Assembly (NCBI RefSeq): GCF_037042905.1
Contig: NC_087245.1
Coordinates: 18,478,001 to 18,542,000, forward strand
Direction of reading: 5' to 3'
Source of the DNA: Lytechinus pictus
Taxonomy: Eukaryota
DNA: 64,000 bases
Part shown: piece by piece, positions 41,178-52,734 of the stretch
How positions within the stretch are numbered: the stretch's first letter is position 1
How the letters are laid out: each line of letters starts with the position of its first letter
The notes under the pieces: model-generated
What the model saw: only the letters and a program-made list of their open reading frames with translations
What the model was told of the DNA's origin: nothing
The model's database searches: none
Translations under genes and position numbers: made by a program

Positions 41178-42784
41178 TATTGCTCTACCTTCTGTCTTAA
41201 GTCCCATTTCATCTCTCAAGCTCTCTGCCAAGCTCCACTCTTTTTCCCTTCTCTTCATATTTCTCTCCCTCTTTCTCGTGATATTAATGATATTTACCCA
41301 AACACTAAGGAAGCATGAAAGCAAGCAACCAGAGGACAGAAGGCTTAAGATCCTATCTGAGGGACCTAGAACTGAGGATAAATGCCTTACCAAAGGGCAC
41401 TAGCACACCAAGTGATAATTAAACCCATGTCACTGGAATCTAAACCCCACTCAACTGATCTTTCACTCCCCCTCTTCCTCTCTTTCACTCCATCTTTCAA
41501 CTGTCAATCCACCTGCACATGCCCCCACACTCCTTATTTCACTATTTCTCTCTATCCTGCTCCCACCCTCTCAATTCCTCTTCCTCCCAATTGCTCCTTT
41601 TCATCTCTCAAGCCACCTGCCATGCCCCTTCCCTTTTTTTTTTCTCTCTCTCTGAGTTAGGAATAATAAGGCAAACTCACCATAAACAAGAAAAGAAAAT
41701 AAGCAAATGATTCATGTACTTTTAAATTTATTACTTTTAAAGCATCTGTACAGTACACATGATTATCAATTCAAAATGGGTTTTTCTAACTTTACAACAT
41801 ATCAGATAATTAGTGCATTCTCTTAAATGAAATTTTACAAATCATGACCCAAAGTCAATTGCTTTATTCACTCTAAATTAAAAAAATAAACGTTGTTATA
41901 TGACAACCTTTATCATATTCTTTCAATTGGAGGAACAAATACTAGTATACAAAATATGATATAGTGCCACAAAAGAATGAAATAGAGAAACAAATGCAAA
42001 TAAATTTAGCTACCTGCACAGTACCTGTTTTATACCTGGGGGCATTGTAAAAGGTGAACAGAGTTTGAAGATATGAATAAGGATCTAATGAAATTACAAA
42101 GTTATTTGTCTTCTGGATATAAAGTACAGTCAACGTTTATCATGGATGGCCACTTTGATTCTGGAACTTTGATTTTCCCTAAAGTTAGGTTGTAGAAAGA
42201 TCAATGCAACTTACTACCTAATGAGGGTCATTTATAACTTCTCTGTTTGATTGATTAATGTATTCATTCTTCTTTAATCCACTGTGCAATAAAAAGTAGA
42301 CGTACTGCGTCTTGATACAAGCAACATACAAAAATATATCCTACACACAAATCAAGTCAATACAGAATATCTTAGCTTTATTGTCACTAAAAATTGTGTG
42401 TACTAATTAGTAAGATTACTTTCCCAATAAAAACACAAATTCATTTCACCAAAGATGTCAGTTGAACTAAATGCCAAAATCTTTCAGAAAAAATTATTTT
42501 CAATGCAAATGCAAACCCTAAGATCTGATCGTACAAACATTGCCAAGGCCTTATATCAGACATTTGAGAGTGATCCCCTATAATCAGGGTTGTGATAAAA
42601 AACGTTTTTTATTAAAAAAAACAAATAAAACGTTTTTTATTGTTTTAAAACGTTTTAAATCGTTTTAAAACGTTTTTTTCCAACGAATGATGCAATTTTC
42701 TCTAAATCAATTAAACTATACACTAAATACAGTATGATTTAAGCTCTTGATGTTTCAAATAAGAGATTACCACAATTTTGTTAA

Positions 42785-43393
42785 AGGCCAAGTCCACCCC
42801 AGAAAATTTTTGATTTGAATCGATAGAGAAAAATCAAACAAACATAACGCTGCAAATTTCATCGAAATCGGATGTAAAATAAGAAAGTTATGACATTTTT
42901 AAGTTTCGCTAATTTTTCACAAAACAGTTCAATGCACAACTCAGCGATATGCAAATGAGAAAGTGGATGATGTCCATCACTCACTATTTCTTTTGTTTTT
43001 TATTGTTTGAACAATACAAAATTTTAATTTTTACAGATTTGACAATAAGGACTAACTTAACTTAACCATAAACTGTTAAAACAATGGTAATTCCACATGT
43101 TCAGTGAGAAATAAAACTTTGTTTCACTTGACAAGGAGGAGAAAATTAGAATATTTCATATTCCATATAATAGAATACAAAAGAAATAGTGAGTGGGTGA
43201 CGTCATCAGACTGCCAAATTGCATACCGACCAGGATGTGCATACATGTATAACTGTTTAGTGAAATTAAGCGAAACTTAAAAATGTCATAACTTTCTTAT
43301 TTTACATCCGATTTTGATGAAATTTTCAGTTTTTGCTTGTTGGATTTTTCTCTTTTTTTTCAAATCAAGTTTTTGTTGGGGTGGACTTGTCCT
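42785..43393. mobile_element. TTAA MITE family B nested in the hAT-like element
   Basis: TTAA|AGGCCAAGTCCACCCC ... GGGGTGGACTTGTCCT|TTAA. Confidence 0.9.
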
Positions 43394-43795
43394 TTAATGA
43401 ACTTACAACAGAAAAGTTCATATTTCCCCCAAAATTACTAAATCATGGAAATTGAATGCCTACAAAAAAAGAACACATTAAGTAATTTGACATTTTATTC
43501 CCTAATCTAATACATGAACATATACATGAGTCTGAATCGAGGGGGGGGGGATGGGGCGAGGAGAATTTGCACAATGGAAGAAATTGACGTACATGGGGTT
43601 TCAAAGCTTAATTTCATTACCGGTAAATCAATATGCTTTATTTCATTTGAATCAATTATACCAATTTTAGTGCATGAAATACAAATTCAATTCAAATCTA
43701 TAAATAAAGCCCTTGAACTACATATTTTTTAATTCAGGAATTCTGATCAAATGTATATTAAAAACAATCAGTAGGCCTATAGAATGTTTTTTTAA

Positions 43796-44473
43796 CCCTA
43801 CATTGTAATAAGACTGGGGGGGGGGGCTGATTCAGCCCCCCTCGTCATTTTTTGCGATAAATCCACTGCACATATTTTTTTTACCGCGTCACTCACAGAC
43901 TTTCCTTTTTCAAGTCTCACGCAACTTTTGAGACCAAAATTGCGACCCCCTGGTATGCGGTTCCGAAATTATGCAACATTTTGTAAGTGCATGCAGACCC
44001 AAAATTGCTCAAAAAGTGAATTTGTGTACAAATCTAATTCAAATAGTGTTTTTAGCCATAATTCATAAATGTGCCATTATTTTTCCTTTTACTGATTAAA
44101 ATAAATTAATTTCACCTTGTTTATGGTCAAAATATAGTCCCTGACTATTTCCATTGAAAAAACAATAAAAAACATAAAAAAATAAATGTGATGTTGAAAT
44201 TTTTTTAAAGAACATTTGATCAGATTCCTATAAAGGGTTTGTGAACCAAAAATGATAATTTCAGGGGCATTATTTAGTTAATTAGAGCAAACTTTTGATT
44301 TTACGCATAAATTAGTAATGAGATTTATGCAAAATTTGATTTGTAGTTTTTTAGATTATGCCATGGGTAATGCGTGTGCCAATTTTCGTTGTGATCCCGC
44401 GATCGACGGCCCAGATCATAAGGGGGGGCCCCCTCAGTCTTCTTAGGAAACAAAATAGCCCAGTCTATTTAGG
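43796..44473. mobile_element. piggyBac-like non-autonomous element, degraded
   Basis: TTAA|CCCTA...AGACTGGG at left and CCCAGTCTATTTAGG|TTA at right. Confidence 0.55.
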
Positions 44474-44992
44474 TTACCGGTATTATGTTTTTTTAAACTT
44501 TTTTATATTTCTTATGTACAGAGTTTTTAAACTTTTTTTTATTACTAATAGAAATTTTTGGCAATTTTCCAATTATTAACAATAAGTAAAAATAATGATA
44601 CAGATACGAATTTTGGCAAGAACTCACATTGGGCTTATACATGAAATCCCGTTTTTAAGCAATTCGGGATCTGATAATATGCACTTGTGGTGTATATCAT
44701 AACTGCATACCCATGCATTCATCCCAAAAATAGTCTTGAACGATATGGCGTGGCCCTGTCGTGTTTATGGATTTATCATAGAAATCTTTAGGGGGCCATT
44801 AAGGTCCCCTGGAATTGTTAGGGTTAAGGTTTGCTAGCTGATTATCTTATACTGTTTAAAGTACTTTTCTTCATCTTTATGAAGCGCAAAGTTTCACCAA
44901 CTTGTGTGTACCTCAAGAGTATGATGTCAGGTTTACAGAATTTGTAAAATATTATTGCACTTGTGCAACACTTCCATTTCATTCAAGTTCTC

Positions 44993-45153
44993 TTACATGT
45001 ACATGTATTTTAGCTTATTTTAATAGTGTTTCTTTACCTGTCCAAAAAGTGAGTACAACACTCAGATATATGTTTCTATTACATGTACATGTATTTTAGC
45101 TATTTTAATAGTGTTTCTTTACCTGTCCAAAAAGTGAGTACAACACTCAGATA
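44993..45153 (+). repeat. Tandem duplication, ~86-bp period
   Basis: TTACATGTACATGTATTTTAGC...GAGTACAACACTCAGATAT occurs twice. Confidence 0.88.
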
Positions 45154-46760
45154 TGTTTGTTAAAATGAGAATATTCTTAATATGGATTGATGTGCACAAT
45201 TGAACAGAGAGAAGAGGAACATGAAAAAGCAATGGAGAAAGGGGAAAGAGAAAGAGGAGAGAAGGAGTCGTGTTGAAAAAGAGTTTTAGTTAGAAGAAAA
45301 TAATACACTTCAGAAATAACAGTGTAAAAAAAAAAACATTTATCTAACATCACATCCATGCAAATTTATAACACACAAGTCTATGCGGTGTTTTAAAACA
45401 CGTTTTTTTTGTAAAAAAAACAGGTGTTTTAAAACGTGTTTTAAAACACGTTTTAAAACACACCGTTTAAAACGCGCCAACCCTGCCTATAATAACAAAT
45501 AAAATCTCCAATATGCATGGTAGGCATTAATTCCATAACAATTAGTATTCTGAAAGGTCGCAATGGTCAGATCTGGCAACTTTCCTTGGTTATAATTGCC
45601 TGAAAACATATGTGTCTATGGTAACTGTTGGAAATGACAACTTTGTCAGTGCTAAACAACTTTCATAAAATGGTCCCCAACTGACTTATTGCTCATTTCC
45701 CTTTTTGTTCAGTTGTTGTTTTTCATTATCTTCTTCTTATTCTATCATGGTTTTTACATGGATTGAAGCCAATGCAAATTCATTTTGTATACAGTTGTTC
45801 GTAGGGGATTCTCCCATTGATTATTGTGTACAGCCTTTATAATGCGAGTCAAATTACATTCTGATATAAAAATTACTACATTGAATTTCTTCTACTTTTC
45901 TCTTTTCTGTTCTTCTAGACATGCAAGAATACTTTGGTAATTGTTAATTGCATGTAACAACATTATGGCTCATCTTATTTGTCTTGTTCTCATCAACAAA
46001 GGAGCAAGACTCCAGTGTCACTCCATCGAAGATCTTGGTAACCTCACTGTATTTGTTACACCTCCCAATGAAAGAGGGATGACTTGTGTGTAATACGGTA
46101 TATGAACATCAAATTACACTGATATATTGTCTGTTAAATAACAGTTTATAGTAACTGTCTTGCTTTTCTTCTCAGTCTTATGGTATCTTGGTGCAATCAC
46201 TGTCTTGGATTGGGAGCACTAACACCAGAAAACCAAAGTACAATATTTATTGCTGATCATTTTAAGAATATGGAATTGAATCAAGTTGTACAACACCATT
46301 AAAAACTATGAAGATCACCAAAAAAATGTAACATTTAATTTAGAATAAATAGGTTGTAACTAGATGTTCATATCTCATCAATGCGCTCTTTTGGGGGTGT
46401 GTTTTTTATTGTCGCTATTTTTGTCTTCAAGTTCAAGGTGTCACTTCTTTAGTAACAGTATTTTACATGCTCATCTTTTGAAAAAATTATACAGTACAAA
46501 TTACAAGTCTTGTAAAATCATTGCAAAGAAAGTATAAATTTACTGTAGATGTAGGAAAGGGAAAATGACTCATGAATTCTGAGAATACAGCAAAATATAC
46601 TTCTTTAGAAACTCAAATAAAAGCTCCTCACAATTACAACAATGTAAATCAAGAGTATTGCTCTATGGAAACACACATCTTGATTTATAAATGTACATAA
46701 CATTGATGAAAAAACTGATGTGATTATTTACATAAAAAGTAGAAATCTTCTGAGATGTTG

Positions 46761-46783
46761 TCATCTGGCATCGAACACCACCA
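46761..46783 (-). CDS. POLR2K: RPABC4/RPB12, last coding exon
   Basis: Acceptor ctttctttttcag|, then TG GTG GTG TTC GAT GCC AGA TGA = (M)VVFDAR*, the conserved RPB12 C-terminus. Total CDS 79+93+23 = 195 nt, 64 aa plus stop. Confidence 0.95.
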
Positions 46784-46968
46784 CTGAAAAAGAAAGATGA
46801 ATTGAATTAAGGATAACAATGTCATGCAACATGGAAAATGACTCCCTTTCACAAATTATACATCTTACCGTTCATGATTGATCTTTCATCCTGAGTAATT
46901 AATACAAGACTTTTGGTAATCAATATCTTTTCACAGACTGGACATACACATTTTTGGATTTGTCTTTG

Positions 46969-46999
<31 letters not shown>

Positions 47000-47156
47000 G
47001 GGGGGGGGGTGGATTTTACAAGTGGTTAATCCCATGAATTAATCAACTTATTATATACATGCAACCACCCATCCAACCCCCCTATCCAAATCCACTTTCC
47101 CCATTTTCACTTCAAACTAAAAAAAAAAATGCTTAGATATTCTCTAAAAAGGATAC
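46784..47156 (-). other. U12-type (minor spliceosome) GT-AG intron in POLR2K
   Basis: 5' splice site GTATCCTTT; branch-site-like ATCCTTAAT at 46806-46814, about 22 nt from the AG. Confidence 0.9.
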
Positions 47157-47249
47157 TTCTTTTGGTGCGTTTTTTGTACATGATACGATAACCACATTCC
47201 CTGCATCGGATAGGATCTCTCGCTCGAATCTCGTTCTCTTGATGGCATT
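47157..47249 (-). CDS. POLR2K: RPABC4/RPB12, second coding exon (zinc ribbon)
   Basis: Acceptor tttaatacag|, 93 nt encoding (E)[30 protein letters not shown], donor |gtatcctt. Completes the CxxC...CxxC motif typical of RPB12. Confidence 0.97.
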
Positions 47250-47759
47250 CTGTATTAAAGAAAACAAGCAAATTTGATTGAGTTGGGGAAAAAAATCTGA
47301 CTTCAATCAGTAATTCTGATTGTTTTTTATTGGTCCTTAGCTTTCACTTTTCTTTCCATAGTGTCATAGTCTATGCCTGACTTCAAATAATTTTAAAATT
47401 ATGAATCTAAACACTACAGTCTAGAGAGAAATTAAAATCAGTGTTATTTTTTATAATGCATTTAAAAGTTATCATCCTACCCCGAGAAATATTAATTTGA
47501 AACGTTCATGTGTTATATCTTAATATATTGTAGTTAAAATTTTAGGCTAAAAATCCATCCTATCCAATCAAAAGACAAAACTAGCATGCATAAGTTGTGA
47601 ATTAGCACACAAATCCAATGGAGCTTGAACTCTTGTGGCATTCAAATTGTTAACTTTTATAAAGCATGTCATTAGAGACAGAAATAACCATCTGTTCTAT
47701 AATTCTTTTATCAATACCACCATTTCTGAACCTCTCTCAATTCACAGACATGCTATATA

Positions 47760-49575
47760 CAGTGCGTCCCAAAAAAAACTATACACTTTTGAAATGGCTG
47801 CCAAATAAAAAATATAGCACTTTGGGGGAAAAGACTTATATATATGGAAAGCCAATAAAGTCAACTTTCAGATGACACCAAAAAGTTGGAAAACTATTCA
47901 TGCTTGAGCGAGCACTGCCCACTGAAACAAAGGGTATGAAAATTAGGGTGGGCCGGAATTAGCCTTCCAATTTCTTTCAGGTTTTTTGTTTGGTACATGC
48001 AAAGTTAAGGGTTATTTGGTAAATTAAAGATCAGTTGTGATCAGTTTATTGTTTGTGAAAATTTAATGCGTTATTAAATTGAAATTTAAAGCATGAGTGA
48101 TTATGAATTGCAATTTTTAGTGCAGCATTTTGTCTTTATCATGTGGATCTCAACAATGTGTTCATGACAGTCAGGAGAAGAGGGGGCAATATGACTTAGG
48201 TCGGCGAAGTACGTTGATGGGATAAAGGTCAACAGAACATTTAGCAACCCCTCTCTCCATCTCAACCCCCCTCCCTCCCCCCGCTTCTCTCCTGAGAGAC
48301 TAAGCTCGGCTAGGCTGGGCAGGAATTAGCCTTACAGTTTTTTAGAGTGGTTAGTCCTTTGGAACTTGCTAAGCTAAATTAATGAGTGAGATAAGTTTTG
48401 GTTTCTTAGGCAAATTACTAAGTTACTAAATTGCATGAGTTACTAAATTGAAATTTAATCATGAGTGAACAGCAATTGTAATTTTAGTGTAGCATATTCA
48501 TCTTGTGGACCTCAGAAGTGTGTTCGTGAGAGTCAGAGTAATGCGATGGTACATGTTACAAGCAAGAGGGCGAGATATGCTAAGACTTGGTTAAAAGGGC
48601 ATTCCTCTTCCTTTTGTCCTTTAAAAATTACAAATTAAAAGTCATATGTAACCTCCCCTCTCCACCACCATTTCCCAGCCCCCCCTCTCTCTCTGTCTCA
48701 CTTCCTGGATTGTAGCGTATTCAAAACTTATAACTGCCAAGTGACCGGTGGCTGATGGTCAGTTTTGTTATTGAATGATTACCAAGAAATTTAATGTTTA
48801 TGATGATTAATGAAATAATTAATTGAAAAAAAATGAATGTTTGATTGATCACATTGCACATTGAATGAGTTGATTTACTGATAAATTGTTGATTAAATTA
48901 TTGATAGGAAAAAGTTGATGCCCCGATTCAGAATGAATCATTAAATCAACATTCTGCTCTGGACTTCACGTGTACATGACAAGAGCCATTGGTCTCTCAA
49001 CAGGAGGGGAGGGCGGAAAAGAGGGAGGGGGCAGGGGCTGAATGTTCTGTTGAGCCTTATTCCATCAACCTACTTCTCCCACTTAAGTCCTATCTCACCC
49101 CCTATTCTCCCGACTCCCATGAACACATTGCTGAAATCCACATGATAAAGTTGATATGCTGCCCAAAAAGATATCCAAATAATAAAGTTGAAATGCTGCC
49201 CAAAAAGTGTAATTTGTGTTCACTCATGCATTAAAGTTCAATTAATCATTCATAAAATTTGCTTATGCAACCAAAACTGGTCACGGTTGATCATTAATTT
49301 ATCACAACGCCCTTAACTTTGCAAGTTCGAAAGGATTTGCTGCCTCTCAAAAACTGACATAAATTGGAAGGCTAATTCCAGCCCACCCTAATTTTCATAC
49401 CCTTTGTTTCAGTGGGAAGTGCTCGCTCAAGCCTGAATAGTTTCCCAACTTTTTGGTGTCATTTGAAAGTTGACTTTATTGGCTTTCCATATATGTAAGT
49501 CTTTTTCCCCAAAGTGCTACAATTCTTTATTTGGCAGCCATTTCAAAAGTGTATAGTTTTTTTTGGGACGCACTG
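47760..49575. mobile_element. 1.8-kb Tc1/mariner-like non-autonomous element in a POLR2K intron
   Basis: TA|CAGTGCGTCCCAAAAAAAACTATACAC ... GGGACGCACTG|TA; ~210-bp TIRs; no transposase ORF. Confidence 0.9.
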
Positions 49576-50072
49576 TAGAGTTGTACCAATAAGAGATGAT
49601 TCGCCTTATATAGACATTTAGCAAATATATAAGGTTTACACTGTAATTGTTTCCTTAAAATCAAGATTAATAAACATAAATAAATGGATTTACAAACTAG
49701 ATCTGACCCTAACAATTACCTTTAGATCCAGAAAATATGAAGAATAAATTGAAAATACAGACTTCTCAAAACATACATCTCAAAAGACCAAGCAAAGAAG
49801 TTCATTATTAAAGTCTTTATTTGTATTATTCATCCCTACACGAAATGGTCGATTGTCATTTTCCGGTCTCTGCTCTCCGGTTTAGGATTAAGATCAATTT
49901 ATTCATCATGATAGTTAAAGATACAGGTACATGAAGACCTAATAAAATTCCTCCTTCCCACACCATGTACTACAGCACTACTGTCTGTGCATTAATTGGG
50001 GAAGGCTGTTAAGTGAAAAATGTCTGAACTAGGAAAAAGGTTTCATTGAAAATGCTGTTATTCATTACTTAC

Positions 50073-50151
50073 CCCCACATATGTATATCATCGTGGCACT
50101 CTTATTAGTACTGCCCGGTGTGCTACCACCATCTCCTTTCGGTGTATCCAT
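50073..50151 (-). CDS. POLR2K: RNA polymerase I/II/III shared subunit RPABC4/RPB12, first coding exon (whole exon 50073-50182 including 5' UTR)
   Basis: Acceptor ctcttttag| before 50182; ATG at 50151; MDTPKGDGGSTPGSTNKSATMIYICG plus 1 nt; donor |gtaagt. Confidence 0.93.
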
Positions 50152-51854
50152 AGCCTTCTTCTAATGTTCAATGTTTCTGGGTCTAAAAGAGGGAAATCAG
50201 AATTATGAACAAGGGATCAGTCAGTAATACCTTTTTTATCAAAATTTGTTCCTTACATGTAGATGACTGCAAATTATAGAGCCATATCAATTTTAATGAA
50301 CAATAATATTCACTCTTTTTTATTCTTAAGGTAATTTTAGCCAGTATATTCTGTAAGATGAGATTTAACTGCAGTTTCTTGATTTCCCCTATTTCACTTT
50401 TGTCATAGAGAAGCAACTTCTTGCATAATGTGAAGATTACTTGCAGCGCAGAGGCTGAACATAAGCTATCAATAACGCGAGTGGAATCATTCTTCTGAAC
50501 CAAGCTCAGTGTTTGAGTTTGGTTTAGCAGCCTTTTCATGCTCATAACACCAACACCAACACTGAACACTGAACTTGATATAAATCATCTAGAATAACTG
50601 CGCCAGTGTGCAGCCGCTCAAGGGTTTTTTTCCACCCTGTAACTATTTTGCACAAACTATTTTAATCCATACTGTTCACATATCATGTAAAAAGTACTGA
50701 TGGTATTTCCCTTTGTTATCTCGAAAATTGACTGATGGCAATCGTGGTGGTCAAGAGTGACCACAACTTCAGACCGGGATAGCATTCCCCAGTCTGTGGC
50801 AGCCCTGCCCCTAGTGTACGGCATGATGCACATTTCCTATGGCGCTCCCGCAAGCTCCATTGCAAAAACATGTTAAAATGGCAAGCGCACACGCAGCAGC
50901 TGCACACAGGGGACTACATTTTGCGGTGTTGTTGTGGTAATTTTCATGCTTTTTCTTATTTTTCCGATCATAACATTGACTTCCGAGAAATAAAGGCGGC
51001 TGACAATGGCTTGCGAAAGGGCTATTTTATCGTGAGGACTTTTCCAAAATCCACAAACATTGGGAAAACCATAAAAATCCACTTTTTTAGACCCCTTATT
51101 TCTTAACTGCAATGTTAAGAAATAGTGAGTGTGACATTTTTGACACGAGATTTAGGTCAGAAAATTTCACTTTTTGTTCTGAGATTTTGTCTGACCATGC
51201 CACTGGATGATTTTTTGTGTGTGGAAGTGAGCTAGTGTGAATGTGTGGTGTGTGTATAGTCTATAATTTAGGAGAGTTCAGTGGTATACTACCAAGTCTG
51301 CTGAACCTGCCACAAACTGGCACCCAGCCGCACATCTGAGCATTTACTCTAGTCTAGTATAAGTATTCTTAATTTTAATTCTTTTCTTTATAGTTATTTC
51401 ATTCTTTTGGAAGAAAGAAGCAAATTCTTTAACTTAAAGAATGTGCTTCCCCCCAAAAAACAGTTCTTGACAAGTACGAGTAGACCTTCATGTAGGGTAG
51501 GTAATGGCACTAGATTTGTGCTGTACGTAGACATGTGTAAAAAAAAGTCAATCGGTGAGTTGGCCTCAAATTTTCTTTCTATATTTTGAGTGAGCAATGT
51601 AGTTAAACGTAGCAACATCTTCACATTTTATGGCAGCCAAGTTGATTATCTATCAATGTGACATGTTTCCACTTCTCCTCACAAAGGCTCAAACAGTCTA
51701 GGTCAGCATAAAGACTTCAAAATGCCTATTTTAGCCACGAGCCCACACAGTACAGCCCATATAGTATAGGGATGGACCAATTAGACAGGAATAACCGTTG
51801 TTTCTGGGGATTTATTTAACAATTTCTCTGGATCTGGATGTACACGATGCAAGG

Positions 51855-52214
51855 CCCTCCTGGGCATAAACGCATCGGGTACTTGACCTGAATTTTACCA
51901 GGACCGGCAGGAGCAATACACCGGGTGAACACCCTACTCTTTGACGAATAGTGTATTGATTTTAACGTGCATAGGTTGTGACTCTCCTATACACAGGACC
52001 AACATATGCGTCCTTTCAAATGGACGGAGTGTTTTTCCAACTGCATTCACACCTGCACTGAATGCAGTGGTGAGGCATGCTAACACACAACACTATAGCA
52101 TCAGACTTTTTTTTGTTAGACGCGTTTCGGCATGAACGGGACTCGAACCCCTCACGTTGAGATCTACGATCTTATCCTAAACATCCGCTCTAACCAACTG
52201 AGCTACGCTGCCTC
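51855..52214 (-). mobile_element. tRNA-derived SINE with a Deu/Nin-like central domain
   Basis: Box A TAGCTCAGTTGG and box B GGTTCGAGTCC, then GCACGTTAAAA...CACTATTCGTCAAAGAGTAGGGTG...CCCGGTGT, resembling the Nin/Deu domain as remembered. Confidence 0.78.
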
Positions 52215-52671
52215 TGACATTTTACTATAATCCCCATTAACTGACGGTAGTGTGTTAGTCTATGGATCAATAATGCTACATCATACATTTCCAGACACAT
52301 TTTATGCGGTGTATGGAGTATTTTAGGCTTTATTTTTCACTATTTGGGAAATTTTGAGGTAGGTTTCAACCAACATCTGTGATAATGATGCTAATAAAGA
52401 ATAGATCTAACATTAACGTTTAAGTTATAGGTACATTACCTAATCAAATGCTTTACTTTAGTCAGATCTAACTAAGTAGAATTAAAAATAAAATGCTGTT
52501 TCGTTTATTGGTTTGTTTGTCTTTTACTTGTCCAACATATCAATCCACCCATGGGTGCATTACTGCTGCCGTGTACAGGAAAAGTGAAAGCACTGCACAT
52601 GCAAAATTGCAACAAACTCCTGCAAATTTCATAAGAGGATTTACAGAATCAAGTCCTCCTACGAAACTTAC

Positions 52672-52734
52672 CGAACGATGTGAAGTCAATTCCCCCTAAT
52701 ATGATGAATATCCCTCAAATAGCGTCACTTAAGC
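52672..52734 (-). other. Candidate non-coding first exon (3' part) of POLR2K
   Basis: Strong donor TCG|gtaagt at 52671. The ATG exon begins with an acceptor, so an upstream exon is needed. Adjoins a transposon, with CpG-rich sequence beyond 54393. Upstream boundary unknown. Confidence 0.45.

Larger units (their letters stand above)
42585..45485. mobile_element. hAT-like element with several nested insertions
   Basis: CCTATAAT|CAGGGTTG ... CAACCCTG|CCTATAAT (exact 8-bp TSD); subterminal AAAACGTTTT/AAAACACG repeats. Confidence 0.88.

Noticed and set aside
41700..46410. POLR2K polyadenylation site
   Set aside because: Several minus-strand AATAAA candidates (near 46405, 46246 and 41727) cannot be discriminated without transcript data.
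50183..50569. 128-aa minus-strand ORF adjacent to the POLR2K exon
   Set aside because: It ends at the intron acceptor AG, has no ATG start at the called position and no recognisable motif; treated as intron.
50593..51350. Possible degraded TIR element
   Set aside because: The terminal match is weak and no TSD could be established.
51394..51495. Plus-strand exon-like segment with acceptor and donor
   Set aside because: The peptide is unrecognisable and no partner exons were found.
52130..52214. Possible tRNA gene
   Set aside because: Box A and B are present, but there is no convincing acceptor or anticodon stem and the sequence continues into a SINE body.
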